From IMG/VR virus record IMGVR_UViG_651703040_000001: 64,000 nt of DNA. The stretch is one strand, 5' to 3'. The position numbers and the translations under genes were made by a program. Positions 45,909-55,946 of the stretch are shown here, piece by piece. This DNA is from a virus. Taxonomy: Duplodnaviria > Heunggongvirae > Uroviricota > Caudoviricetes > Demerecviridae. Within the stretch, counting starts at the first letter, position 1; every line of letters starts with the position of its first letter. The notes beneath the pieces were generated by a model. It was not told the DNA's origin and ran no database searches. It saw nothing but the letters and a program-made list of their open reading frames with translations.

Positions 45909-46179
45909 TCCTATAGTGTACTTCGCTTCTAACAGAGGATCAATAAAAAGATCTTGTTTATCAACTTACAAATATATTATACCAATATATACAGTAAAAA
46001 GCAACTACAATTTTAAATAAGCCTATGATATTGCATTTAAATAAAAAATTTGCTTGCTTTTAGCATGAGATGTGTGATACTAGATAATCATTTTATATCG
46101 CGTGCACGAGTGCGTGATTATACAATTTTTAATAGAGGTTGGCAAATAAAATTTTTTGACTCAGATCATGTTACAGAAC

Positions 46180-46254
46180 TTTATAGTAAAATATTGTTGA
46201 CATCCGCCCTCGAATGAGTTATAATAGTAGTCTTAGTTAGAGAAGGAGAGTGTA
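46180..46254 (+). promoter_or_regulatory. early promoter for nrdD
   Basis: TTGACATCC...TATAAT...GAGAAGGAGAGTGTA-ATG. Confidence 0.6.
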
Positions 46255-48129
46255 ATGAATCGTAATGAAGAACTAAAATATAAAGAAATGCAGGCGTTAA
46301 TTAGAAACTGCAAAGAGATTATCGAAGGGTCAGCAGATGAAGAGCTACTGTTTAATAATGCCAATAAACCCTCAGAACGTTTCCCTACACAAAGGGATAT
46401 GCTTGCAGGTGAATTGAGTAAGTATCTGATTCTAGAAGAAATGCCAATTCAGATTCGAAATGCTCATATGATTGGGGATATTCATTTCCATGATGCTGAT
46501 TATGCTGCATTAGGCATGACTAACTGTTGCCTGGTAGCTCTGGAAGATATGTTAAAGAATGGTATGAAGGTTGGTAATGCTGAAATTAGCACTCCAAACT
46601 CTATCACTACTGCGGCGGCTATTACTGCTCAGATTATCACTCAAGTTAGCTCCCATCAGTATGGTGGTACTTCTGTAGATCGCCTTGATGAAGTATTAGC
46701 CCCTTATGTTCGTAAATCCTATGACAAAAATCATGCGTTTGCAAAGCGTTGGACTAAGGATGAAGCCAAAGCATCAGTAATGGCTACGGAGATGACTGAG
46801 AAAGAAGTCTATGACGCTTGTCAGGGTTTAGAATATGAAATCAATACCATGTTCAACTCTAATGGACAGAGTCCATTTATTACCTTTGGTTTTGGTCTAG
46901 GAACTTCTTGGGAAGCACGTCTAGTACAGAAAGCAATACTGAAAGTACGCATGGATGGTTTAGGTATCAATAAACGTACAGCTATCTTCCCGAAACTGGT
47001 ATTTGTACTTCGTGATGGCGTAAATATGAAACCAGGAGATGTTAATTATGACATCAAGAAGTTAGCTATGAAATGTACTGCTGAACGTATGTATCCAGAT
47101 TATATCAGCTATGATAAGGTTGTGGAAGTTACTGGTGACTATAAAGTTTCTATGGGCTGCCGTTCATTCCTAGCTGCTACAGAAGATGGTGAAACTGCCG
47201 GTCGTAATAACTTAGGTGTTGTTTCTGTAAACTTGCCTAGAATTGCTATCGAAGCTGAAGGAAATATTGATCTATTCTTTGATTTGCTTGAGCTACGTGT
47301 GGATACAGCGTTAAAAGCATTGGAGTGGAGAGTTGATCGCTTAAAATACATTCAAGCTAAAGCTGCACCCATCCTCTATATGTCAGGAGCCTTTGGGTTA
47401 CGCTTGGAGCCGGATGAGTATGTATTCGATCATTTCTATAACCGTGCTTCTGTATCTCTAGGGTATATTGGTTGCCATGAAATGCTACAGTTTATGTTTG
47501 GCAAAGATGTAGACACAATGTCCGAGACCTGCATCAAGTTTGTTCAGCGTGTATTGCAGTACATGCGGGATAGAGTCGATCAGAAGAAGGAAGAAACTAA
47601 ATTAGGTTATAGCCTGTATGCTACACCATCAGAATCCCTATGTGACCGTTTTTGTCGTCTAGACCGCGAATATTTCCCGGAGCATGAAGATATTCTGTCC
47701 AAAGGATACTACACTAACTCTCACCACCTTGATGTAGAACGTAAAGTTGCTCCTAACGTGAAATTTGATTATGAATCTAATTTCACTCCGATTGCTTCTG
47801 GTGGGTGCATTTCCTATGTAGAACTACCAGATATGAAACGATTCCCAGATGCACTGGAATGGGTTATTAATTATGCTGCTAGTAAAGTTCATTACTTCGG
47901 TATTAATACTCCAGTGGATTCTTGCGGTAAATGTGGATTCTTAGGTGAAACAATAGCATCCGAAGATGGATTTAAGTGCCCTATCTGTGGTAATCATGAC
48001 CCCGAAACTCTTGAGGTAACTCGTCGAGTTTGTGGGTATCTTGGAAATCCGGGTGCTCGTCCATTTAACCCCGGCAAACAGCACGAGGTTATGGGCAGAG
48101 TGAAACATCAGGATATTCGAGCTAAATAA
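46255..48129 (+). CDS. nrdD: anaerobic ribonucleotide reductase, class III (624 aa)
   Basis: C-terminal glycyl-radical motif RVCGYLG and the zinc cysteines CGKCG...CPICG. Terminator at 48137-48165. Confidence 0.9.
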   Translation: MNRNEELKYKEMQALIRNCKEIIEGSADEELLFNNANKPSERFPTQRDMLAGELSKYLILEEMPIQIRNAHMIGDIHFHDADYAALGMTNCCLVALEDMLKNGMKVGNAEISTPNSITTAAAITAQIITQVSSHQYGGTSVDRLDEVLAPYVRKSYDKNHAFAKRWTKDEAKASVMATEMTEKEVYDACQGLEYEINTMFNSNGQSPFITFGFGLGTSWEARLVQKAILKVRMDGLGINKRTAIFPKLVFVLRDGVNMKPGDVNYDIKKLAMKCTAERMYPDYISYDKVVEVTGDYKVSMGCRSFLAATEDGETAGRNNLGVVSVNLPRIAIEAEGNIDLFFDLLELRVDTALKALEWRVDRLKYIQAKAAPILYMSGAFGLRLEPDEYVFDHFYNRASVSLGYIGCHEMLQFMFGKDVDTMSETCIKFVQRVLQYMRDRVDQKKEETKLGYSLYATPSESLCDRFCRLDREYFPEHEDILSKGYYTNSHHLDVERKVAPNVKFDYESNFTPIASGGCISYVELPDMKRFPDALEWVINYAASKVHYFGINTPVDSCGKCGFLGETIASEDGFKCPICGNHDPETLEVTRRVCGYLGNPGARPFNPGKQHEVMGRVKHQDIRAK

Positions 48130-48228
48130 GCTAATCAGCCGGGTTGCTAGTCGACCTGGCTTTTATTTTATTTGCTTTCAGCCAAAAATTTATGTATAAT
48201 TGATTTATAAATTTGAGAGGAGAAAGCT

Positions 48229-48510
48229 ATGAGCGAGTTGCTTCCTAAAGTAGATGTCTCCCATCTTGGAGAGCCTAGTGAAGAACGTAAGGCTCTAGAT
48301 TGGTTGGGTGGATTTGATTATCGTCGTGTTGTTGCAACATGGAATGATAAGAAAGTTAAGAAGTTTCGGGTACATTATGTAGGTAAAGACAAGTGGCTCT
48401 GGATTGATTATGAAGAATCGAAGGGGTCTACTAAGGCTGTGAAAATTTATCGTATGTATGGGTATTATTATGCTCACTGTGATAAGAATGAGTTTACAGT
48501 ACAGAACTAA
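48229..48510 (+). CDS. hypothetical protein (93 aa)
   Basis: ORF behind the early promoter at 48170-48228. Confidence 0.5.
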   Translation: MSELLPKVDVSHLGEPSEERKALDWLGGFDYRRVVATWNDKKVKKFRVHYVGKDKWLWIDYEESKGSTKAVKIYRMYGYYYAHCDKNEFTVQN

Positions 48511-48519
48511 GGAACAAGA

Positions 48520-48723
48520 ATGAAAAACGTAAAACATCTTAAATATCGCTTAATTTACAACGGACGTATGGAAACAGAAGACCTGGCCCAGTTAGCTATT
48601 AATTCTAATGAGGTTACAGTGCGTGCGCTGGCAATTGAAAAGTTGCGTGCTTCTTATGAAAATCGTGTTATGGAACTAGAGGAGAAACTTTATGGACTTC
48701 TTGAATCAGAGTCTAAAAAGTAA
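48520..48723 (+). CDS. hypothetical protein (67 aa)
   Basis: ORF. Confidence 0.45.
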   Translation: MKNVKHLKYRLIYNGRMETEDLAQLAINSNEVTVRALAIEKLRASYENRVMELEEKLYGLLESESKK

Positions 48724-48886
48724 TCTAGAAAACATGCTTATTGAGCAATGGAACTCTGGTTATAATGCTGGTGTAGCTAGTTGTATTGCTGGATTGGATA
48801 TGCTTATTAAGCAAGAAAAGGTACGCCCGGAGGAAGCAATTTTACTCCGAAATATTATCGAAGGATTTAAGCGAGGAATCGTATAG
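48692..48886 (+). CDS. hypothetical protein (64 aa)
   Basis: ORF. Confidence 0.4.
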   Translation: MDFLNQSLKSNLENMLIEQWNSGYNAGVASCIAGLDMLIKQEKVRPEEAILLRNIIEGFKRGIV

Positions 48887-49701
48887 TGCGTAGGTTAATT
48901 ATTATTAGCGGTGCAGGTTTGAGTGTTGAAAGTGGTGTACGAGCTTTTCGTACTGATACTGCTAGTGGTAAAGCATTGTGGGATGATTATGATCTAGAAG
49001 AAGTGTGTAATATTCATGCCTTTCGTGGTAATTTTTACCATAAAACCCATATGTTTTACAACAAGCGTCGTGAAGAGCTAAAAACTGTTGAACCCAATCT
49101 TGCGCATTTGCGTATTGGTGAATGGTATAAACAATACCCAGGTCAAGTAGTAAACTTGACTACCAACGTTGATGACCTTATTGAGCGTGCTGGCGTTCCA
49201 CATAGTGACATTCTGCACATTCACGGATATTTAAAAGAGGTTGTTGTAGCTGATAGCTACAATAGTAGCAATAAACGGATTATTGATGTAGGATACAATT
49301 CTATTGACCCAGATGATTATAAATGGGTTAAACCTAATGTAGTCTTCTTTGGGGAGCATGCTCCAGCGTATGCAGAAATGTATAATGTTTTTGATGGTAT
49401 TACTAGTCAAGATATGATCATTGTGGTTGGTTGCTCTAACCAAGTAATTAACTTCTATTGGGAATTATTTCCTGTTCTTAATTTGACTGCTGCGAAACTT
49501 ATGGTTGTTAACTACTATGATAGGGTACTAGCGGCGGAACCGGGCTATCAAGGTATGACTCGTAGTGAGATGTACCAGCTAGAAGAACGTGGTATCCCTT
49601 ACTGGAGTAAAGGTGCAGTAGATGCTTTCAGTGATCCTGATTTTATTGCTCGTGTAGAAGCTCATTTAGAGGGTAGACCTTATGTGTCAGGAAATAAGTA
49701 A
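48886..49701 (+). CDS. Sir2-family protein without a zinc ribbon (271 aa)
   Basis: Motifs GAGLSVESGVRAFR, TTNVDDLIERAG, HIHG, VVFFGE and IVVGCS. No CxxC pairs. Probably a GTG start. Confidence 0.7.
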   Translation: MRRLIIISGAGLSVESGVRAFRTDTASGKALWDDYDLEEVCNIHAFRGNFYHKTHMFYNKRREELKTVEPNLAHLRIGEWYKQYPGQVVNLTTNVDDLIERAGVPHSDILHIHGYLKEVVVADSYNSSNKRIIDVGYNSIDPDDYKWVKPNVVFFGEHAPAYAEMYNVFDGITSQDMIIVVGCSNQVINFYWELFPVLNLTAAKLMVVNYYDRVLAAEPGYQGMTRSEMYQLEERGIPYWSKGAVDAFSDPDFIARVEAHLEGRPYVSGNK

Positions 49702-50194
49702 TACTCCAATTATTTTTCTAGACATTGATGGGGTGCTCAATTCGAGCATCTCCCACCATCATGCACCTGACGATGAAAAGATTTTCTTTGGAAGTGACTG
49801 GGTTTTCAAACCGCTTCTCAAGGCTTTTCAGGACTTTATTCGTCCTTCTCCGATAATGATTGTTGGAGTATCATCTTGGTTCTCTGTCAGAAATGAGATG
49901 GAGAACGTTCGGATTATGACCGGATTAGGTCTTATCGATCGTTTTCTTGGTACAACGGATTTTACTGGTGGTGGATTATCTAGGGGTAATTCTGTTCTTC
50001 GCTTCGTTGAAAAGCATAAGCTCAAACATTGGTGTGTGCTTGATGATGCGGGTGCTATGATGTATCAGTATCCAACGGTTATAGTCAACGGTAGGACTGG
50101 GATAAATCTTCAAGATTTAAAAGCTGTTAGCTATATGCTAGAATTTAGTCCAGATCTTGAAATGTGTAAAGCCCTACAGCAATTTAAGGTGTAA
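49682..50194 (+). CDS. HAD-superfamily phosphatase-like protein (170 aa)
   Basis: N-terminal IIFLDIDGVLNSS (the DxDGT/V motif I). Overlaps the Sir2 stop. Confidence 0.55.
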   Translation: MCQEISNTPIIFLDIDGVLNSSISHHHAPDDEKIFFGSDWVFKPLLKAFQDFIRPSPIMIVGVSSWFSVRNEMENVRIMTGLGLIDRFLGTTDFTGGGLSRGNSVLRFVEKHKLKHWCVLDDAGAMMYQYPTVIVNGRTGINLQDLKAVSYMLEFSPDLEMCKALQQFKV

Positions 50195-50196
50195 AT

Positions 50197-50625
50197 ATGT
50201 TCAATAATGTATTCTCTAAAGAAGCTAACCCAATTTTGGTTAACTTTTGGCGTACTCTCCCAGCTAGCCTGTATAATGAGGCTATTAACTCTTTGAAAAT
50301 ATGGTGTGAGAATAACGAAATCTCCTTTGCTTTTAAAGATGATATTGATGAGGCCCCCTGTATTGGTTTAATTGTTCAGGTAGAGGAGGGTCTTGAAGAG
50401 ATTGTGGGCTGGAAAGAGTTAGATGAAATGGGCTTAGTTTTTGCTTTAAATTATAAACTGTTTATGCCTGCTAAGCATCGCCTCGTTGTTAACTATAAAA
50501 CTAGTGAATCTCCGGGTTTTCAGGTTAATGAACGTTATGGTTGGTCTTACTCACCGGAAGAAGTAAATGAGGGGATTCAGAAACTTCGACGTTTCGGGTA
50601 TATGATCCCAGGTTTAACTGCTTAA
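50197..50625 (+). CDS. hypothetical protein, paralog A (142 aa)
   Basis: Shares the D(D/E)PCIG...W.ELDEMGL..ALN...IPGL blocks with the next ORF. Confidence 0.55.
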   Translation: MFNNVFSKEANPILVNFWRTLPASLYNEAINSLKIWCENNEISFAFKDDIDEAPCIGLIVQVEEGLEEIVGWKELDEMGLVFALNYKLFMPAKHRLVVNYKTSESPGFQVNERYGWSYSPEEVNEGIQKLRRFGYMIPGLTA

Positions 50626-50634
50626 GGAGGCAGA

Positions 50635-51027
50635 ATGGAACAAGTATATTGGCGTCAGATTGACCCTAGCTTGGTGAAGCGTGCGGAAAAGCTGCTACAA
50701 CGTTGGTTGGGGGTAAGGCAAGCCTCCTTCACTTTTCCAGAGCAGCAAATAGATGACCCCTGCATTGGTGTTTTCCTGTCTGGATATGCTAGGGAATGGG
50801 AGATGGACTGGAATGAATTGTCAGCTATGGGTTTAATTATTGCCCTAAACTTCTCTATATTCCATCCACGTGGTTTGGCCATATGTCGTGTGCTAGATGA
50901 CGGTTGTTCGCCCCATCTTTTACAGGTGGAAGATGATATTTGGGAGTACACTCCAGATATTCTCGCAGAAGCTAAAGAACAATTAAATCGTGTTGGGATT
51001 TATATTCCGGGATTAAGTGATGAATAA
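50635..51027 (+). CDS. hypothetical protein, paralog B (130 aa)
   Basis: Tandem paralog. SD GGAGG. Confidence 0.55.
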   Translation: MEQVYWRQIDPSLVKRAEKLLQRWLGVRQASFTFPEQQIDDPCIGVFLSGYAREWEMDWNELSAMGLIIALNFSIFHPRGLAICRVLDDGCSPHLLQVEDDIWEYTPDILAEAKEQLNRVGIYIPGLSDE

Positions 51028-51214
51028 GGAATTTTGGAAAATAAAAGGTAAGATTTCTAAGTGGAATACTACCGGGAAAATTAGTAAGTCTCTAGAGATA
51101 GAGATAGCTAGAATGTTTACTGATCCTGATTTTGATATAGGAAAACTAAGTAAAGTAGATGCTAAAAAAGTAGATAAGTATATAGAAGAGATTAGAAGTA
51201 TTTTAAGTGTCTAA
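51017..51214 (+). CDS. hypothetical protein (65 aa)
   Basis: ORF. Terminator at 51232-51256. Confidence 0.45.
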   Translation: MMNKEFWKIKGKISKWNTTGKISKSLEIEIARMFTDPDFDIGKLSKVDAKKVDKYIEEIRSILSV

Positions 51215-51289
51215 TCCACATAACCGAGTCATTTTGGCTCGGTTTTATCCGTACTCAAGACCAATGATAGCACCATCCGGAAAATTTTA

Positions 51290-51350
51290 CTTGCAGGATG
51301 CCCAAAATCTTGATATAATATTTATATTGAATTGAGAGACATTAGTAAAA
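51290..51350 (+). promoter_or_regulatory. early promoter module
   Basis: TTACTTGCAGG...TGATATAATATTTATATTGAATTGAGAGACATT. Confidence 0.55.
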
Positions 51351-51619
51351 ATTGATTTTGCTAATTTTTCTTGTTTACAATCCGCGATACGGAACAGTTA
51401 GGCTGCCCCATTAAGGGTTGTTTTAACTGTTACGTGTTAGTTTTTAAACAAATAGTTAATAGAATACTTAGCGATCTACATCCCGTAGGAACCCTGGTAA
51501 GGCCTCGAAGCAACCTAGTGTGAGGTGGTTGTGAAGTGAGACGGGAAGAGTGAAAAACTCTGAGAAGTGATGACGTAAGGTATACTGCATCTAGTATGAG
51601 CTAGTACATGAAGCATTAG

Positions 51620-54607
51620 GTGAGCAAATCTGGCTTAGCGGCCATCCTCAAGGATTTGTGCGGTATAGTGAAGCGGCAGTGTAGCGTGAAAGGGGAAGTT
51701 GCCACCCCCCTTCAGTATTTGCGATTAATTGTTGAGAAATTGACAGTAACAGTTGTTCTATTCTTTCTGAATAGTCCTAAAGAAAACTTATTTCATTTCC
51801 AACACAGGAGTATTGTTGTGTTCTCAATCCTACAAGGTCATGCAGGATTTCATCGCGATTTAGCCACAGGCAATTGGCGAGAAGTTAAAGCAGAAGATTA
51901 CCTTTTTGCTAAAAGATTTTCCTCAAAGCATCCTGAAGGTAAACCAGCTTCAATGCCCTTCAAATTTGATGTAATTGATGAAGTTGATCCTCAAACCCTA
52001 GTAGAAATGCTCCCTCTTATGAGACGTTTAACGTCTGACCCTCATATCGTTGCGGTACGAGGTCGATGTCTTGCACCTAAAAATAATGTGCGACGTAAGA
52101 AGGGCAACTTTAATGTATCTAATCCAAGTCATATAATTGCAATGGACGTGGATGGTATTGTAGATACAGGTGGTTGTAACAAGTTTGATCTTGTTGGCAT
52201 GGCTCGACATATTATTAGAATGTTAAATAGTATTAGTGAGGATATGTTTCCTCTTGATGCAGGGTTTATCGCTCATGCATCGTCTTCGGCTGGGCTAAAA
52301 CCAGGTATCCGAATGCACTTAATACTAGAATCTAATGTTAAAGTAACTCAGGGTCAAATCAAATTCTTATTTACATCTATCAACGAAAGTAGTAGACAAA
52401 AGTATGGCTTTGATATTGCCGACTTAGCTTATTACTCTTCCGTACAGCTCCATTATTTTGCAGATCCGTTATTTACTGATGGTATAGTAGATCCGTTTAA
52501 AGCGGAGGGTGCCTCACGTCTGGTATTTGTTAAGGGTTCTAAGGTAAACTTACCCAATAATCTGGTTGATTATGAAACAACTAGAGGTGAGTTTAAAGAG
52601 GAGTTTTACTCTTTACTCGATCAAATTAAAGGTAAAAAAGCCGCCTCCGATAAAGTAGAGGAAACTATCAGCGAACTAGAAGAAGCTGAGGATGGAGTGT
52701 ATCTACGTATCATACCTAAACTCTATCATAGAGCTTTAGAGGATGGTGTTGATTTTGCATGGCTAGAAAAAGAAATCCGTCCAGCCTTATCAGAATATAT
52801 TGCAACTAAAGATAATAGTCGTAATATTCAAGATTATTTTAATAACGGTCGTAAACAGGCTCTGAAAGCGTTTGTTAATAATTCTAAACGCGATATACCG
52901 GATGTTTTAAAAGGTATTCCACTTAAAAAGCTAGAAACTAATTCTCTAGAAACTGATAACTTCTTGAAATTAAATACTGTGCCACCAGAAGGTTATATGA
53001 CTTTTGTAAAAGCAAGTCTAGGTACAGGTAAAACTACGGCGGTTGTGCGTTGGTTAGATTCAGGAGTTATTAAAGGTAATTTCTTAGCAATTACCAACAC
53101 TCGAGCACTGGTATCTTCAAATGCTAAGAAATTTAGTGCAGGACAGTATGATAAGTCTGTAGATATGCTTAATTTTAAGCGTGGCGCTATTGACCGTATG
53201 TCCACAACTATTCACTCTTTGCATAAGTTCAAGAGTTTTATTGGTCAAATCGATGCAATCTTTATCGATGAATGTGACGCTGTAATGAATGACCTATTAT
53301 TCGCCCCGGTTGTTAAACAACGTCGTGAATGTATTCAGGTTCTTCGAGATATTCTTGCAACTGCAAAAATCATTATATTATCTGATGGGGATATTAGTGC
53401 AGAAACAATTGAAGCATATGGTTCTTTGATTGAGTTTGATAAACCGGTTGCATTTTATAATCATCACCGAAAAATGCTGTCAAAAGCTCATGCTTATGAG
53501 TTCCCTGATGAATCCAGTATTTGGGTTGCACTTCAGACTTCTCTAGAGATGGGGGAGAAATCTATCCTAGTATCTGACTGTGGCCCTGATGAACTTAATG
53601 AGAAGGGCATGGCATTGCGTCGTAATACGGGTGCGTTAGTTAAGGAAATTCACTCAAATTCTACGTCTGATGTAGATATTCGACGTATCCTGGATTACAC
53701 AACTAATGAGCTAATTGACCAACAAATTGATTGCTTATTATGTAGTCCATCAGTAACGAGTGGTGTTGACTTTAACTACTTTGATAACGTATTTGTTATT
53801 ACTAGAACTAGCAACCAAGCGCCAAACATGCGTTTCCAAGCAATCAGGCGCGACCGTGGTGCTCAGAACATTTATTATTTTATTGATAAATCTACGAGTG
53901 GATTCTCCGCAGGTTCTGAACAATATAACATTGATGAAGGTTGGCTAGAGTTAGCACAGCAATTATACGCACGTCGTAGGGAGCTGGAATCTAGGAATTA
54001 TACTAGTACTTTACGTTATTACTTGCTTGATCAGGGTGCAACTATTGATATTTTCAGTGAAAGCTGGGGAACTATCGAAGGTGCAGGAAAAGAATATACG
54101 GAAGAACGAATCAAAGCTATTTTGTATTCAACTCCTGATTATTGTGCTCCACGCCATGCAGATGCGTATGAAGCTAAACTACTTCTTGTTCGCTATTACC
54201 ATCTTGAATCTATTAAAGATGTAACAGTTGAGCATGTTGAACAATATATCGAGGATAAACCGAATGACCGAGCGGCATTCTTCCATAAAATGCACGAGAT
54301 GTTCTGGGAAGATATTAAGAAGTGTTCAAATGTCACTATCAAACCATTTATAGAAGCTCTGAAAGGTAAGAAGAAAGATTTCTTCCTTAAAACAGGTCAG
54401 AGTGCTAACCCAAAATATGCCAGAATGTATCTTGGTATGATGGGTATTGGTAAGGATATGAACACGGAGAATATTGTAGACTGGTACAGAACTTATTGTA
54501 AAATCGAGTGTATGCCAATCCCGTATAAGTTTATGACTGATGAGGAGAAACATATGCATGATGAAGCAATGGCAGAGCTAGGTGCTAGAAATGACAGTGA
54601 AGAATAA
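51620..54607 (+). CDS. large SF-helicase-like ATPase, putative replication-origin-binding protein (995 aa; the start may lie downstream)
   Basis: Walker A KASLGTGKTT and the DExx box IFIDECD. The first ~100 codons have odd composition, and a GTG start is assumed. Confidence 0.65.
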   Translation: MSKSGLAAILKDLCGIVKRQCSVKGEVATPLQYLRLIVEKLTVTVVLFFLNSPKENLFHFQHRSIVVFSILQGHAGFHRDLATGNWREVKAEDYLFAKRFSSKHPEGKPASMPFKFDVIDEVDPQTLVEMLPLMRRLTSDPHIVAVRGRCLAPKNNVRRKKGNFNVSNPSHIIAMDVDGIVDTGGCNKFDLVGMARHIIRMLNSISEDMFPLDAGFIAHASSSAGLKPGIRMHLILESNVKVTQGQIKFLFTSINESSRQKYGFDIADLAYYSSVQLHYFADPLFTDGIVDPFKAEGASRLVFVKGSKVNLPNNLVDYETTRGEFKEEFYSLLDQIKGKKAASDKVEETISELEEAEDGVYLRIIPKLYHRALEDGVDFAWLEKEIRPALSEYIATKDNSRNIQDYFNNGRKQALKAFVNNSKRDIPDVLKGIPLKKLETNSLETDNFLKLNTVPPEGYMTFVKASLGTGKTTAVVRWLDSGVIKGNFLAITNTRALVSSNAKKFSAGQYDKSVDMLNFKRGAIDRMSTTIHSLHKFKSFIGQIDAIFIDECDAVMNDLLFAPVVKQRRECIQVLRDILATAKIIILSDGDISAETIEAYGSLIEFDKPVAFYNHHRKMLSKAHAYEFPDESSIWVALQTSLEMGEKSILVSDCGPDELNEKGMALRRNTGALVKEIHSNSTSDVDIRRILDYTTNELIDQQIDCLLCSPSVTSGVDFNYFDNVFVITRTSNQAPNMRFQAIRRDRGAQNIYYFIDKSTSGFSAGSEQYNIDEGWLELAQQLYARRRELESRNYTSTLRYYLLDQGATIDIFSESWGTIEGAGKEYTEERIKAILYSTPDYCAPRHADAYEAKLLLVRYYHLESIKDVTVEHVEQYIEDKPNDRAAFFHKMHEMFWEDIKKCSNVTIKPFIEALKGKKKDFFLKTGQSANPKYARMYLGMMGIGKDMNTENIVDWYRTYCKIECMPIPYKFMTDEEKHMHDEAMAELGARNDSEE

Positions 54608-54824
54608 AAAATGGGAAACAAGGAAGTTCCCAGTAAAAGAACGTAAAGTTCCTGTTTACGACACTTCGGAAAAGCTATGTAGGGTGGTACCACACAGACT
54701 AGCTGGCATCCCTAACATATCCGAGTGGTTACTCAAACAACGGAAAACAAACGTGTCTCTTCGCATAGGCTTTGAGTTAGATAAAGTCTATGCTGAACTT
54801 GCTTCTTTGCTCAAGGAATCGTAA
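54582..54824 (+). CDS. hypothetical protein (80 aa)
   Basis: ORF overlapping the end of the large gene. Confidence 0.4.
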   Translation: MLEMTVKNKKWETRKFPVKERKVPVYDTSEKLCRVVPHRLAGIPNISEWLLKQRKTNVSLRIGFELDKVYAELASLLKES

Positions 54825-54825
54825 A

Positions 54826-54894
54826 AATTTATTTGCATAGTGCAAAAAATTTCTGTATAATAGATTCATAAATTTGAGAGAGAGGAGTTTAAAT
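54826..54894 (+). promoter_or_regulatory. early promoter-leader module
   Basis: TTTGCATAG...TGTATAATAGATTCATAAATTTGAGAGAGAGGAGTTTAAAT-ATG. Confidence 0.6.
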
Positions 54895-55599
54895 ATGGCT
54901 GGTTCTCGTAGAAAGAAACATATCCATGAAATCCCTGATGAAGTCTTTAAAAAGGTTATAGAGCATCTGGAGAACGGTGGTACTAAGAAAGCAGCATGTG
55001 AAATGCTCGGCGTATCATCTAATCCAACTATGGAAAGGATGATTGAAGAATGGCAAGACCGCCAGATTCAAGTTGCCGAAATGAAGAAAAAGAAACGTGG
55101 CACACTCATTGAAGGCATCGAGTTAGCTAACGTTATTGAGCAGTATTTGTCTGGTGATTCTTTTGAAGAAATTGCCGATCGTAATTACCGCTCTGTAGCA
55201 ATGGTTAAATCTGTTCTGGAACGCTATGGTGCTCTACTTCGTTTGAACGATATTGTAGATCCATTGAATCCTCCGATTATTCCTGATGATGCTGTAGCAG
55301 AAGAATTTGCAGTTGGTGAGCTTGTTTGGGTTCCTGGATATCAGTGTATAGGTGAAATCAAAAAAGCAATGGATAATCCTGTTGGTTGTTACCGCGTATG
55401 GCTTCTATCGGAAGGCAAACAACAGAACGTCCATTATATGAATTACGAGTTGGCCTCTGTTAAACATCTGGAAAAGCTAGGGGTTGACGTAAAATCTCTG
55501 GGATACAAGTGGACTCGTGAAGAAATTATTACGTTGATTAACGAAGCTGTTAAGGCTGCTCTAAAACTTGATAAAGAAAAAGGAAAACGCCGCGAGTAA
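54895..55599 (+). CDS. HTH-containing regulator-like protein (about 234 aa)
   Basis: AACEMLGVS helix-turn-helix. Start placed after the leader SD. Confidence 0.55.
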   Translation: MAGSRRKKHIHEIPDEVFKKVIEHLENGGTKKAACEMLGVSSNPTMERMIEEWQDRQIQVAEMKKKKRGTLIEGIELANVIEQYLSGDSFEEIADRNYRSVAMVKSVLERYGALLRLNDIVDPLNPPIIPDDAVAEEFAVGELVWVPGYQCIGEIKKAMDNPVGCYRVWLLSEGKQQNVHYMNYELASVKHLEKLGVDVKSLGYKWTREEIITLINEAVKAALKLDKEKGKRRE

Positions 55600-55843
55600 A
55601 CTAACAGATTTGCTGAAAGATGGTGAAACAAAAACCGTATATCGTAAAAGCTGGGATAACGATAATAACGGTTTAGTATTATTAACTTTGGATACTGATT
55701 TGGATGTAGTTACTCAACATACCTGGGTAGCTGGTAATTATCCCTATAGTGAGGTTGTTACGTTAACAGTATGCGAAGCTATTGCCGACGATTGGGAGAT
55801 TGCCAGCATTGATGATATGCTCACTGTTGGCCTGGTGGAGTAA
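55568..55843 (+). CDS. hypothetical protein (91 aa)
   Basis: ORF. Confidence 0.4.
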   Translation: MIKKKENAASKLTDLLKDGETKTVYRKSWDNDNNGLVLLTLDTDLDVVTQHTWVAGNYPYSEVVTLTVCEAIADDWEIASIDDMLTVGLVE

Positions 55844-55946
55844 CTACAGAAAAATTTCAGTTGCTTAATCCTATAATTCTTGATATAATATTCTCATAGT
55901 TTGAAAGAACTATTCTGTTTAATTCTTAATTAAGGAAATATAAAAT

